Assembly (NCBI GenBank): GCA_963845185.1
Contig: CAWJRG010000005.1
Span: forward strand, 224,001-288,000
Length of the DNA: 64,000 bases
Direction: 5' to 3'
DNA from: an uncultured bacterium
Lineage (GTDB): Bacteria > Oederibacteriota > PGYV01 > CAWJRG01
In this document: positions 9,336 through 20,175 of the stretch, one piece after another
Position numbering within the stretch: position 1 is the first letter of the stretch
How the letters are laid out: every line of letters starts with the position of its first letter
Notes under the pieces: generated by a model
Seen by the model: only the letters and a program-made list of their open reading frames with translations
The model's database searches: none
What the model was told of the DNA's origin: nothing
Program-made: the position numbers and the translations under genes

Positions 9336-10441
9336 TTTCTCTCTTCGGCGTATAATTTCTTTGAAATGGCCAAAAGAATGCCTATCGCCGTTATTGTGAC
9401 AACCAACGACGATCCTCCGGAACTCAAGAACGGCAGTGTCGTGCCCTTAGGCGGCATGAGACCAATTGCGACTCCCATATTCAAAAACGCCTGAACTATT
9501 ATCATAAACGTAAGGCCAACTGCCGTGAATTTCAGCATCTTGTCCCTTGTATTTCTGGCTATAAGTATGCCCCGCCATAAAATAACAAAGAAAAGCACCA
9601 AAACAAGAGTCGTTCCTAAAAGACCAAGTTCTTCTCCTATTATTGAAAACACATAGTCCGTGTGCGGCGTTGGCAAATAAAGGAATTTTTGCTGGCTTTG
9701 TGTAAGCCCCACCCCGAAAATGCCACCTGACCCTATGGCTATATATGACTGTATGGTTTGGAAACCCATGCCCTGCGGGTCTGACCACGGATTCAATATG
9801 GCCAGTATTCTTTTCATTCTGTAAGGTGATTTAAGTATCAGTATGATAAATGTCAAAACCGCCGCAGGAACCAAAAACAGGAAATAAATAAGCGACATTC
9901 CGGAAATTATATACATAATGAGAAAAAGCATTGTTATAATAAATACCGCTCCAAAATCAGGCTCCAAAATTAGCCCAACCCCTACTATTGCGGTGACGCC
10001 AAGCGCCCTGGTCAATTTTTTCTTATTGTCAATTTTGTCGTTGCTGAACAAGTCGGCGAGGTATAAGACATAAAACAGCTTAATAAGTTCAAACGGCTGG
10101 AAAGGCGGGACAAAAGGCAATTTAAGCCACCTTCTTGCGCCGCCTATTTTCCTTCCCAGTCCGGGTATAAGCGTCATAAAAAGAAGTATCACGGCCACGG
10201 CCATGATCTTCGGTATTGCCTCTTTTAATTTTGCGCTGGACATTCTGTAAAACATCAGTGCAAACAATACTCCGGTTACTGCCCACATGATTTGCCTTTT
10301 CAGAAAAAAAGCGCTGTCTCCTTTGTAATTCTCATATGCAAATACCGAGCTGCTGGAATAAATCATTATAAATCCCAGGAGCAGCATAGCAAATGCATCT
10401 ATGAATAAAACATAGTCAATCTTGTCAAGTTCATTTCTCAT
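9332..10441 (-). CDS. ftsW: SEDS peptidoglycan polymerase FtsW
   Basis: GARRW, FQPFE, LPTPHTDYVFSIIGEELG, LPFLSSGGSS. Confidence 0.96.
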   Translation of the reverse strand: MRNELDKIDYVLFIDAFAMLLLGFIMIYSSSSVFAYENYKGDSAFFLKRQIMWAVTGVLFALMFYRMSSAKLKEAIPKIMAVAVILLFMTLIPGLGRKIGGARRWLKLPFVPPFQPFELIKLFYVLYLADLFSNDKIDNKKKLTRALGVTAIVGVGLILEPDFGAVFIITMLFLIMYIISGMSLIYFLFLVPAAVLTFIILILKSPYRMKRILAILNPWSDPQGMGFQTIQSYIAIGSGGIFGVGLTQSQQKFLYLPTPHTDYVFSIIGEELGLLGTTLVLVLFFVILWRGILIARNTRDKMLKFTAVGLTFMIIVQAFLNMGVAIGLMPPKGTTLPFLSSGGSSLVVTITAIGILLAISKKLYAEERK

Positions 10442-11807
10442 TTTTCATCGCCTTCAGGACATATTTTTTAAACTCATCTCCTCTTTGTGCGTAACTTTTA
10501 TACATGTCAAAGCTCGCGCATCCCGGAGAAAGCAGCACTATCTTTATTCCGGATAACGCCGTTGCCTTTTTAACAACTTCTTCCATAGTGTCTGCGGATA
10601 TAACCTCATATCCTTTTTCAAAAACATCTTTTAATTTTTCCTTATTTTCGCCGAAGACTATTATTTTTTTTACGTATTTCGGCAACACGCTATAAAGCTG
10701 GGTAAAATCCGTATTTTTTTCCCTTCCACCGAGTATAAGGGCAAGATCTTCGTTAAAGGTATCGACGGCTTTTATTACTGCGTCTATGTTCGTGCCTTTT
10801 GAATCGTCATAAAATTTCTTGCCAGCGACTTCTGCCACAAATTCAATCCTGTGGGCTGCTGGCTTGAATCTTTTCACCGTTTCCTCAGTTTTTGCCATGT
10901 CAAGGCCCATTATATCCGCTGTAATTATACACGCCAGGGCGTTTGCGTAATTGTGCCTGCCTATTAAATTCATACCCTCTAATCCGAATAACATTTTTTC
11001 CTTACCGTTTTCTATTTTCATAAAAGCGTTATTTTTTATAAAATATCCCTGTTTTAGTTCTTCATATGCAGAAAAATATATTTTTTCCGGCCCTTTTGCC
11101 ATTGACGTCATTATTCCGGTAAACTTGTCGTCATTGTTAAGTATCAAAAAATCTTTTTCGTCCTGGTATTTGAATATATTCGCCTTTGCCTCGGCATATT
11201 CCTGCATTGAGGCATACCTATCGAGATGGTCGTCTGTTATATTAAGAATTGAGGCTATAAATGGCTTAAAGGATTTTATTGTTTCCAGTTGAAAACTGCT
11301 GACCTCAAGTACGACATACTCGTAGCCCTTGTTATGCCTCACTATTTCGCAGTAAGGTGTGCCAATATTTCCAGCCATTACGACCTTGTCTTTGAGCTGA
11401 TCCTTCAGGATATCATAGGTCAGCATGGTCGCAGTGGTCTTGCCGTTTGTTCCTGTTATTGCTATAACTTTGGATTTGTCATATTGATAAGCGAGTTCTA
11501 TTTCGCCAATCATGTATTTATCATTCCTTTTTGCTGTTTCATACCAGCTGCCGGACAAAGGCACCCCGGGGCTAACTACAATAATGTCGGACTCCACAAC
11601 CGAGCTGTCTTTATGCCCTTCGGTTTCTATGACAACCCCTTTTTTCCCAAGTTCAAGCGCGCTTGCTTCCAGTTTGCTCATCGGTTTCGAGTCGCTTAAG
11701 ACAACCTTTGCAGGATTTTTATCGAGCACAAATTCGCAAGCTGACACGCCGCTCTTGCCTGCGCCCATTATCAAAATATTTTTTTCCTGTATTTCCACGC
11801 GTTCCAA
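10431..11807 (-). CDS. murD: UDP-MurNAc-L-Ala--D-glutamate ligase
   Basis: GTNGKTT, EVSSFQLE, DDSKGTN, LLSPGCASFD. Confidence 0.97.
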   Translation of the reverse strand: MERVEIQEKNILIMGAGKSGVSACEFVLDKNPAKVVLSDSKPMSKLEASALELGKKGVVIETEGHKDSSVVESDIIVVSPGVPLSGSWYETAKRNDKYMIGEIELAYQYDKSKVIAITGTNGKTTATMLTYDILKDQLKDKVVMAGNIGTPYCEIVRHNKGYEYVVLEVSSFQLETIKSFKPFIASILNITDDHLDRYASMQEYAEAKANIFKYQDEKDFLILNNDDKFTGIMTSMAKGPEKIYFSAYEELKQGYFIKNNAFMKIENGKEKMLFGLEGMNLIGRHNYANALACIITADIMGLDMAKTEETVKRFKPAAHRIEFVAEVAGKKFYDDSKGTNIDAVIKAVDTFNEDLALILGGREKNTDFTQLYSVLPKYVKKIIVFGENKEKLKDVFEKGYEVISADTMEEVVKKATALSGIKIVLLSPGCASFDMYKSYAQRGDEFKKYVLKAMKNEK

Positions 11808-11836
11808 ATTTTCACCTCAACAGGTTTTCTTCTCCT

Positions 11837-12922
11837 CTACCTCAATTTTAAAGTACTAAGTGTAAACAACAGTATTATTATGGTAACAATCCAGAACCTT
11901 ATTATTATTTTCGGCTCTGATATGCCTTTTAATTCAAAATGGTGATGCAGCGGAGCCATCATAAAAATTCTTTTCTTGGTAAGTTTAAAAGACGTAACCT
12001 GCAGGATTACCGAAAAAAGCTCTATTACAAAAATACCGCCCACTAAAAGCAAAAGTATTTCCTGCTTTATTAAAACGGATATAGTCCCGATTACACCGCC
12101 AAGCATAAGCGAACCCACATCGCCCATGAAAACTTCAGCCGGGTAAGTGTTAAACCACAAAAATCCTAAAAGAGTGCCTACGAATGCCGAGCATACTACA
12201 GTGATCTCACTGCTTTTTGCCACATATATTAAAAGCAGGTATTCGCTGAGCCTGCTGTTTCCTATTATATAAGCCATAACACCGAATGTTGCGTAAACAA
12301 AAAGAGCTATACCAGCTGCAAGGCCATCCAGGCCGTCTGTTAAATTTACGGCGTTGGACCAACTCGCTATTACAAAAGCAGTAAAAACAACATAAAACCA
12401 CATTGCGAGTGTTATAGGATATTTTATGAATGGTATGCTGATGCAGGTCAGGCATTTAAAACCGCCTTTTTCTAGGAATACATACAGTAAAACAATAATA
12501 AATGCTCCTATAAACTGCAGTATGAGTTTGTTTTGTATTGACAGACCTTTTGTCCCTATTTTTAGTTTTAAATAATCGTCTAAAAATCCTATCAACCCGA
12601 ACCATGCTACCGAAACAAGAATATAATAAGTGTAAGTATCGTCAAATCTGGCCCAGAGCAGCATTGATGTAAAAAAAGCTATGATAATTATGATTCCGCC
12701 CATTGTCGGTGTTCCTTCTTTGGAAAGGTGCTTTTGAGGGCCATCCGGCCTTATGACCTGGCCGACTTTTAACTTTTTTAATTTTTCTATTATATATTTT
12801 CCGGCTATAAGCGTCACCGCAAAAGCCGTTATTGCAGCAAAAGCCGCTCTTACCGATATGTACCTGAAAACATTAAGAAAAGATATGTATACATGCCATT
12901 GATAAACTATATGGTAAAACAT
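11837..12922 (-). CDS. mraY: Phospho-MurNAc-pentapeptide transferase
   Basis: TPTMGG, DDYLK, NLTDGLDGLA, MAPLHHHFE. Confidence 0.97.
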   Translation of the reverse strand: MFYHIVYQWHVYISFLNVFRYISVRAAFAAITAFAVTLIAGKYIIEKLKKLKVGQVIRPDGPQKHLSKEGTPTMGGIIIIIAFFTSMLLWARFDDTYTYYILVSVAWFGLIGFLDDYLKLKIGTKGLSIQNKLILQFIGAFIIVLLYVFLEKGGFKCLTCISIPFIKYPITLAMWFYVVFTAFVIASWSNAVNLTDGLDGLAAGIALFVYATFGVMAYIIGNSRLSEYLLLIYVAKSSEITVVCSAFVGTLLGFLWFNTYPAEVFMGDVGSLMLGGVIGTISVLIKQEILLLLVGGIFVIELFSVILQVTSFKLTKKRIFMMAPLHHHFELKGISEPKIIIRFWIVTIIILLFTLSTLKLR

Positions 12923-12941
12923 CTGGCTGCTGTCTCCTTAT

Positions 12942-12995
12942 AATCCGCTGATTTTGCTTCAATTGTCTTTTGCTGTCGCAAAATCCTGCAGAGTT
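12942..12995 (-). repeat. Degenerate family A hairpin in mraY leader
   Basis: mRNA tctgc-ag-gattttgc..gcaaaatc-a-gcgga immediately before AAGGAGA SD. Confidence 0.6.
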
Positions 12996-13006
12996 TTATC
13001 CGTAAT

Positions 13007-14386
13007 CTATCTGCTTTTTTTTAATCGATCCACGATATATTCGAGTTTATTTGCCCTCGACCCTTTTATAAAAACTGTATCGCCTTTTTTTATTATGTCG
13101 CTTATATCTTTTGCAAGCTTATTTTTATCTTTGTACTTTTTCACCTTGTTGCCGTAAAGCGATCTTTTCTTTGCAAGCATTCCCTGCTCTACGTATTTTG
13201 CATACTTGCCGTAAATCATTGCTTTTTTCACTGGCAGCTCAGCTACGCTTTCGCCTATTTCCCTGTGATACTCCGGCGCGTTTTTTCCGAGTTCAAGCAT
13301 ATCCCCTATTACGACAATAAGAGGTCTGTACTTGTACATCTTGAGCGTGTCGACCGCAGCCCTAAAAGAATCCGGATTGGCGTTATAGCAGTCGTTTATT
13401 ACTAATACACCTTTACTTTTTATGAACTTTTCCTCAAACCTCATAAGGCCGCCCATATTGAATTTCATAAGTGTTTTTTTGATTTCCTGCATACTGACAT
13501 TTAACGTACAGGCAGCTGAAATCGCAGCCGCAATATTGTTTAAGTTATGCATGCCTTTTAATTTTGTCTTTAGACTGTACTTTTTGCCATTATCCGCAAT
13601 TTCAAAAGCAGTTCCGCTTTTTAAAGGTGTCACGCCTGTTATGCGCATATCGGCTTCCGGATTTTGTCCGAATGTTGTAATTTTCCTCGGTTTGAATTTA
13701 TCTTTCAAGCAGCTGAAAAGCATATCGTCCCTGTTTAAAACCATTATGCCGTCTTTTTTTATCCCTGCTTTAATCTCGGCTTTTGCCAACGCTATATCCT
13801 CTAAGCTCTTAAAAAAACCAATATGCGACCTGCCTATATTGGTTATAATTGCCGCGTCTATTTCAAGTATGCTTGCGAGCCTTTTTATTTCGCCTTTGTG
13901 ATTCATACCGAGCTCCAGAACTATTACGCCTGTATCGTCTTTTAATTTAAAAATGGTTGCCGGCATTCCTATATAATTATTGAAGCTCTTCTCGCTTTTG
14001 ACGACTCTGTACTTTGTGGCGAGCAGCGCGGCTGTGATTTCTTTTGTTGTTGTTTTGCCGTTACTGCCGGTTATTGCCACAGTTTTAAGTTTTTTAAATT
14101 TCTTCAAATAATATTCTGCCAGATTTAAAAGCGCACTTTTTGTATTGTTTACGCGCAGTATTCGGCAAGCGGTTTTTATTTCTTTTTCGGCTATTATCAG
14201 GACTGCGCCTTTTGAGGCTGCATCTTTGGCGTATTTGTGCCCGTCTTCCTTATTGCCCTTAATGGCCACAAACACTTCGCCGCTTTTTATTTTCCTGCTG
14301 TCGGTTGAAATGCCGCTTACCTCAAAATCTCTACCGGTGTATTTTCTGCCGAAAAACTTGTATATTTCTTTGATTGTTAGTTTCAT
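13007..14386 (-). CDS. murF: UDP-MurNAc-tripeptide--D-Ala-D-Ala ligase
   Basis: GSNGKTTTKE, ELGMNHKGEI, DCYNANPDS, KGSR. Confidence 0.96.
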   Translation of the reverse strand: MKLTIKEIYKFFGRKYTGRDFEVSGISTDSRKIKSGEVFVAIKGNKEDGHKYAKDAASKGAVLIIAEKEIKTACRILRVNNTKSALLNLAEYYLKKFKKLKTVAITGSNGKTTTKEITAALLATKYRVVKSEKSFNNYIGMPATIFKLKDDTGVIVLELGMNHKGEIKRLASILEIDAAIITNIGRSHIGFFKSLEDIALAKAEIKAGIKKDGIMVLNRDDMLFSCLKDKFKPRKITTFGQNPEADMRITGVTPLKSGTAFEIADNGKKYSLKTKLKGMHNLNNIAAAISAACTLNVSMQEIKKTLMKFNMGGLMRFEEKFIKSKGVLVINDCYNANPDSFRAAVDTLKMYKYRPLIVVIGDMLELGKNAPEYHREIGESVAELPVKKAMIYGKYAKYVEQGMLAKKRSLYGNKVKKYKDKNKLAKDISDIIKKGDTVFIKGSRANKLEYIVDRLKKSR

Positions 14387-15858
14387 TTTTTCCTTTTTAT
14401 TTCCCTCAGCGCTGTTTCCTTGTCCGAAAATGGGATGTTTTTGCCTTTTATAGCCTGGTAAGTCTCATGGCCTTTTCCCGCTAGGAAAATTATATCCCCG
14501 GCCGCAGCCATTTTTATCGCGCGCGCAATTGCTTTCGCCCTGTCTACTTCGACGATCGCGCCTGCTTTATTTTTGATTCCTTTCAGAACGTCTTTTATTA
14601 TGTCTCCCGGATCCTCGAATCGCGGGTTATCCGAAGTAATGATATATTTATCACTTAATCTCTCGACCACCTCGCCCATCATTGGCCTTTTACCTTTATC
14701 CCTGTCGCCGCCCGCGCCGAACACGGTTATTATATGCCTTTGTTTGAGCTTGTTTAAGACTTCCAGGGTTTTTTCCAGGCTGTCTGTTGTGTGGGCATAA
14801 TCCACTATGACTATAAATTTGTTGTTGTAAATTTTCTCAAGCCTGCCTTCCACTTTTTTGAAATTCTCTATGGCTCTCTTTATGTTCTCAAGCCCGGCTT
14901 TTTTAAAAGTGGCTCCTGCCGCAGCCATTATATTGTAAATATTGTGGCTGCCTATCAGGCTTGACTGCATGTTGAGCGGCTTCCCTTTGATATTGAGAAG
15001 GAACTTCATGTGCTTTATATCCATTTTATAACTGTCTACATTTATTTCGGTTTCTTTATTAAATGAATATTTCACGATTCTCAACCTCCTTTTTTTGGCT
15101 TTTTTTATGAACTTGCTCTTGCTCGGGTCGTCAGCATTTACCACAAGCGTGCCTCCCTTCGCAATCAGATCCACTATTTTAAGCTTGGCTTTAAGATAAT
15201 TACTGAAATTTTTATGAAAATCAAAATGGTCCCTTGTTACGTTTGTTACGACTGCCGTATCCAGGTCTATATTTTCCGCTCTGCCCTGGGCAAGGGCATG
15301 CGAGGATATTTCTATGATAAAATATTTTATTCCTTTTCCCACGGCCTCGGCTATGAGTTTATGCAAAACAAGGTTTGACGGCGTCGTGTTGTTTGAATGG
15401 TGCTCTGTTTTGCCTATCCTGTACGCGATTGTCCCGACTACGGCCATATCCTTCTTGAATTTTTCTTTTAGTATCGCAGCTATGAGATAACTTACCGTTG
15501 TTTTTCCTTTTGTTCCCGTAATGCCTATCACTTTTATTTTCCTTTTGATGTCTTTATATATTTCATCGGTCAATTTTAGAAGTGCTTTTTTTGTATCGCG
15601 CACCATTACTACACTGGCATGACCCGGTACACTGACCCTTTTTTGTACTATTACCGCGGACGCGCCTTTTTTCACGGCTTCCGCAATAAAATCGTGTCCG
15701 TCGGAAGAAAATCCTTTGACCGCCACAAACAAGCTTCCTTTTTTCACCTCAAGCGAAGATTCCTCAATGCCTTTAACCGTAATATCGGTTCTGCCGTTTA
15801 AAATCTTGTATTTGCCTAGCAACGCCAGAAGTTTTTCAAGCTTTATTTTTCCTGTCAT
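14383..15858 (-). CDS. murE: UDP-MurNAc-dipeptide--meso-DAP ligase
   Basis: GTKGKTT, EISSH, DYAHT, DNPR (DAP type), AGKGHE. Confidence 0.96.
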   Translation of the reverse strand: MTGKIKLEKLLALLGKYKILNGRTDITVKGIEESSLEVKKGSLFVAVKGFSSDGHDFIAEAVKKGASAVIVQKRVSVPGHASVVMVRDTKKALLKLTDEIYKDIKRKIKVIGITGTKGKTTVSYLIAAILKEKFKKDMAVVGTIAYRIGKTEHHSNNTTPSNLVLHKLIAEAVGKGIKYFIIEISSHALAQGRAENIDLDTAVVTNVTRDHFDFHKNFSNYLKAKLKIVDLIAKGGTLVVNADDPSKSKFIKKAKKRRLRIVKYSFNKETEINVDSYKMDIKHMKFLLNIKGKPLNMQSSLIGSHNIYNIMAAAGATFKKAGLENIKRAIENFKKVEGRLEKIYNNKFIVIVDYAHTTDSLEKTLEVLNKLKQRHIITVFGAGGDRDKGKRPMMGEVVERLSDKYIITSDNPRFEDPGDIIKDVLKGIKNKAGAIVEVDRAKAIARAIKMAAAGDIIFLAGKGHETYQAIKGKNIPFSDKETALREIKRKK

Positions 15859-17968
15859 GTGTTGCTTTTCGTGTCAAAGTCGACCGTACACACTTTGCCT
15901 TTTTCAATTGCAACTCCTGCTTTTGGTTCCTGGTCCACGGCAATACCGCTGCCTACACATCGTATCTTAATCCCCATCTTTGACAGCACTTCACGCGCCA
16001 TTCTCACCGAGCATCCTTTCAAATCAGGCATATAAACCCTTATGTTGTTGTTTTTATCCCTGTCCCCGAGGAAAATATACAGCGTTTCATCCCCGCTTAA
16101 CTTGCTGTTCGCCTGCGGTTCCTGGCCTATCACATAATTTCCGAAACCGTATGCCCTGTAATTTATTTTTTTACTCAATAAAAAATTTCTTATATCCTTA
16201 TACCTTTTCATGGAAAAATCAGGAACCTCGACCAGTTCTTCTTTTTCTTCCGTTTCGATATTTTGCCTTTCATAGGGCGCTATGTGCATGTATGAAATTG
16301 CTGTCTGATTTAAATTCTTGAACACAGGCGCCGCCACGTCCCCGCCGTAATAGAGGAAATGTGGCTCGTCAAGCATTATGAATGTGAGTATCTCCGGCCT
16401 GTCTGCCGGTAAAAAACCCACAAAAGACGCTATGTATTTATTTGGCAAATAACCTTTTTCCCCGGGGTCGTGCTTTTGCGCTGTACCTGTTTTTCCTGCG
16501 ACCTCATAGGAATCTATCGCGGCTTTCTGGCCTGATCCGCCTTTTTCGACAACCATTTTCAACATTTCTATTAATTCCTGCCTTTCGGTCTCGCCTATTA
16601 TTTTCCCGCTTTTCTGCATATTGTGTACATAAACTGCATTGCCGCTTTTTACTATTTTCTCGACTATGTAAGGCTTTATAAGGTAACCGCCGTTCGCGAC
16701 AGCGGAATATGCCCTGGCTATTTGTATGGAAGTTGCCGCGATTTCCTGTCCGTAAGGTATGGAAGTCATGGTCGTGTTGTCCCAGTCTTTATAATTTCTT
16801 AAAATTCCGCCTGTCTCCCCAGGCAGGTCTATGCCGGTAGTTTTTCCGAAGCCGAATTTACAGTATTCTCCGTAAAGTTTTTCCTGGGGTATTTTTAACG
16901 CAAGGTACACCATTCCGATATTCGACGAATATTTTATTATTTCCGGTATGGTCAGCCAGCCGTGTTTTTCGTTGTCATGAACGTACCTGTCAAAAAAAAG
17001 GTATTCGCCATTGCCGCAGAAAACCTTTTCTTTTAAGCTGTCAGGAAAATCTTTTAAAAAAGCCGACATGGTGAAAATTTTGAAAGTGGACCCGGCTCGA
17101 ACATGTCTGTTATCGCAGTGTTTCTTAAGCGGTCGCGGCTGTAACTCCTGAAATTATTCGGGTCATACGAAGGGTAATTTGCCATGGCGTATATCGCCCC
17201 TGTATTCGGGTTCATTACTATTATTGTCCCGCTTTTTGCTTTGTATTTTATGGCGCAATCGTCAATTTCTTTTTGCGCCTCGTATTCTATGTTTGAGTCA
17301 AGGGTCAAATAAATATCTGCGCCTGGTTCCGCGGTCTTGATATTTACCGTATCTATCATAACCGGCCTGCCCTTTGCGTCTTTTTTTATCAACGTGATTC
17401 CTGGTTTTCCGCGTAAATAGCTGTCATAATAAGCCTCTATTCCCTCGAGCCCTGTGTGGTCAAGCCCGACAAAACCAAGCACTTGGGCGCCTGTTTCCTT
17501 GAAAGGATAATACCTTTTCTGCTCAGTATCTATGTAAATCCCGCTTATTTTTTCTTTCATAATTTCCTGTGCCACGTCCACATCCACTTTTCTTTTTATA
17601 TAAACAAACTCTTTTTTATTGTTTATTTTTTTCAGTATTTCCGCCGCTCCCATTCCGAGTTTTTTGCTTAGGTAATTTGCAGTCGCCAGCTTGTTGTACA
17701 TCATTCTCGGGCACGCGCATACCGTACCTGTATTCACGCTAAGCGCCAGCTTAACGCCGGCCCTGTCATATATCGTCCCTCGTGCAACAACATCTTTTAC
17801 AGTGCGCAAATGCATCCTTTGTGCCTTTTCTTTGTAAAAGGAATGTTCTAAGACTTGCAAATAAAAAAGTTTCCCGAATATTACGATTATTCCAAGTACA
17901 AAGACAATGAATAAAAATTCTATTCTTTTGTTTAATGGCTTCGGGTCGTTTTCAAATGCCGTGTTCAT
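15855..17968 (-). pseudogene. ftsI: Penicillin-binding protein FtsI/PBP3 with two PASTA domains, split by a 1-nt deletion at ~17091-17093
   Basis: ORF 17054-17968 is TM + dimerisation domain ending FEPG. ORF 15855-17069 has SSN, KTG and PASTA x2. Adding one base to ccgggtcc restores EPGSTFK. Most likely an assembly error in an essential gene. Confidence 0.9.
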
Positions 17969-18363
17969 GAATTTTTTTCTCCAGCCATGCTTTCAATCAG
18001 TTTATCTATTATTTTCCGCAGCAGGCTTTTGTGTTTTCTTATCACAAATATTTGCTTTTCATCCGGATTTTTAAAGCCGTACCTTGTCTTTGCTATCGCC
18101 GCAATTTTTTCGTTTGAAATAACAGCCTGCAGCTTCATTTCTATTTGTTTGGTTTCTGATTTTAATTTTTCATTTTCTTGCTTTAATTTATTTGACTCAT
18201 AATTCATATTCATGCTCTGTATATACAGCCATGTGTATATAAAAATCGGTATGAAGCCTGCCACAATCAAGGCAATGTTCCTGCCCCTGCCGCCGGTACT
18301 CCGCTGTATGTTTTCGGGTTCCAATATTCTTAAAAACCTTCTTGACAGGCCCGTATAGTTCAA
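17965..18363 (-). CDS. ftsL: Cell division protein FtsL-like
   Basis: Single TM plus coiled coil, IAAIAKTRYGF; between rsmH and ftsI. Confidence 0.78.
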   Translation of the reverse strand: MNYTGLSRRFLRILEPENIQRSTGGRGRNIALIVAGFIPIFIYTWLYIQSMNMNYESNKLKQENEKLKSETKQIEMKLQAVISNEKIAAIAKTRYGFKNPDEKQIFVIRKHKSLLRKIIDKLIESMAGEKNS

Positions 18364-19286
18364 AATCCCACCTCAATTTTTTCTGCGGCCCTTAATTTCG
18401 CGCTCCGCGCCCTTGGGTTTTCTGTTATTTCGCTGCCTGACGCGGTCACAGGCTTTTTCGTCAATACTTTCAGTGTTTTCTTGTGACCACAGTTGCACGG
18501 CCCTTTTTTGTCGGTACAGATGCAGTCTCTTGTTTCCGTGCTAAAAAACCTTTTGGCGATACGATCCTCAAGTGAATGAAAACTTATGACAACCATCCTG
18601 CCGCCTGTTACGATAAAACCATGCACTTTATTTAAGCTTTCAGAAAGGGCGTTTAGCTCGTCGTTTACTTCTATCCTTATCGCCTGAAATGTTTTGGTGG
18701 CCGGATTTATTTTTTCCCTGTAATTCTTGCTTTTGCCTATTATTTCAGCCAGTTCCATTGTGCTTTTAACCGGCCTGCTTTTTATTATGGCATCGGTAAT
18801 ACGTTTATAATTTCTTTCCTCGCCGTATTTTAATATTATCCGCTCAAGGTCTGAACGTTTGTAGTTATTAACAACAAAAAATGCGGTAAGTTCTTTGCTT
18901 TTATCCATCCTCATGTCCAGCGGTGCGTCTTTTGAAAAGCTGAACCCGCGTTCTCCTTTATCAAGATGCAGGCTGGATACTCCAAGATCATACAAAACCC
19001 CGCTTATTTCCTTCACATTAAGCCTTGCCAATACTTCATCTATATGCCTGAAATTGGCTTTTACAGCCTTAAAATTATTATAAGCTTTAAGTCGCTCTTC
19101 AGCGTACCCTATGCTTTCAGCGTCGCAATCAATCCCTATAAGTGCGCTGCCACTGCCTATCTTCTGCAGTATGGCTTCGCTGTGGCCTCCCATGCCCAGC
19201 GTCGCGTCCACCCATAATCCTTGCTCTTTCAGTTTTAAAAATTCCATCGCCTCGCCTATAAGTACAGGGGCGTGGATAAATGTCAT
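18360..19286 (-). CDS. rsmH: 16S rRNA m4C1402 methyltransferase
   Basis: HAPVL, DATLGMGGHS, PLDMRM, ISFHSLEDR, NPRARSAKLR. Confidence 0.97.
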   Translation of the reverse strand: MTFIHAPVLIGEAMEFLKLKEQGLWVDATLGMGGHSEAILQKIGSGSALIGIDCDAESIGYAEERLKAYNNFKAVKANFRHIDEVLARLNVKEISGVLYDLGVSSLHLDKGERGFSFSKDAPLDMRMDKSKELTAFFVVNNYKRSDLERIILKYGEERNYKRITDAIIKSRPVKSTMELAEIIGKSKNYREKINPATKTFQAIRIEVNDELNALSESLNKVHGFIVTGGRMVVISFHSLEDRIAKRFFSTETRDCICTDKKGPCNCGHKKTLKVLTKKPVTASGSEITENPRARSAKLRAAEKIEVGF

Positions 19287-19627
19287 AATGTATTTTCAAA
19301 TGCCTTTATTGCGTCGTCTTCGGAACCGTAAAATTCAAATTCTCCCCAATATCCCGCGTAAATAAAAAGGTTTTTTACATAATCGCTTCCGCCTATTATT
19401 TTTATGTCCCCGCCCAGGTTTCTTACCCTTTCCTTCCTCTCATTTAAATACTCAATCCCGCTGACGTTTATGTGAGTTACATTCGAAAAATCCAGCACAA
19501 AAAACAAATTATCCTTTTCTATGAATGACGTTACTATTTCCTTTAAGGCGAGGACATCTTCAATATCGATGTCGCCTTTTAAAATCAGGATTACAACTTT
19601 CTTTGTTGTAGTTAGTGTTACCATCAT
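19283..19627 (-). CDS. STAS / anti-anti-sigma-like protein
   Basis: LKGDID, VLDFSNVTHINVSGI, GGDIKI STAS pattern. Confidence 0.85.
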   Translation of the reverse strand: MMVTLTTTKKVVILILKGDIDIEDVLALKEIVTSFIEKDNLFFVLDFSNVTHINVSGIEYLNERKERVRNLGGDIKIIGGSDYVKNLFIYAGYWGEFEFYGSEDDAIKAFENTL

Positions 19628-19636
19628 CGCCTCCCT

Positions 19637-19686
19637 GTTTGTTTGTCCTTTCCTGCCTGCGGAAAGGACAAAATATTACGCAAATA
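19637..19686 (-). repeat. Degenerate family A hairpin in STAS-gene leader
   Basis: mRNA cg-taa-tattttgtcctttcc..ggaaaggacaaa followed by GGGAGG SD. Confidence 0.6.
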
Positions 19687-19725
19687 TAACATGCTTTCAA
19701 ACTTTAACGTCCAGGGCCAATCTTC

Positions 19726-20151
19726 TCAGCCCTTCTGGTACTCCTCGTATTCTTTCCTGTCCCATATCTCAAACCTGTCTATAACTCCGGAAAAAACAAC
19801 GCTTTTTATGATACCTGCATGTTTTTTTAAATTCTGCGGTATTATTATTCTGCCGCTTTTATCTATATTGACTTCAGCAGCATTTGCCGCTTTTTTTCTG
19901 GTGTTTTTTCTGTCCTGCTCCGAGCCCTCCCAGTCTTTTCCTTCAATAAATTTCTTTATCATTTCGCCCCATTGCTGAATAGGAATAACCGTGATGCATT
20001 TGTCTTTTTCAATAGTAAGTACCACTTTATTTCTATCTGATTCGTTTGAAGTACCTTCATCTATGGTTTTCTTGAATTTCGCAGGGATGCTGACCCTGCC
20101 TTTTTCATCAAGATTGTGTAAGTAATAGCCTATAAAACCTGTTTCTGCCAC
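19726..20151 (-). CDS. mraZ: Transcriptional regulator MraZ
   Basis: LDEKGRVSIP and IDKSGRIIIP (two DxxGR repeats), FEIWD. Confidence 0.95.
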   Translation of the reverse strand: MAETGFIGYYLHNLDEKGRVSIPAKFKKTIDEGTSNESDRNKVVLTIEKDKCITVIPIQQWGEMIKKFIEGKDWEGSEQDRKNTRKKAANAAEVNIDKSGRIIIPQNLKKHAGIIKSVVFSGVIDRFEIWDRKEYEEYQKG

Positions 20152-20175
20152 TGTTTCTCACCTCACGGGATTATA

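Noticed and set aside
18480..18535. Cys cluster (CIC..CNC) in RsmH
   Set aside because: A Cys-rich loop at this position is common in RsmH proteins of many lineages
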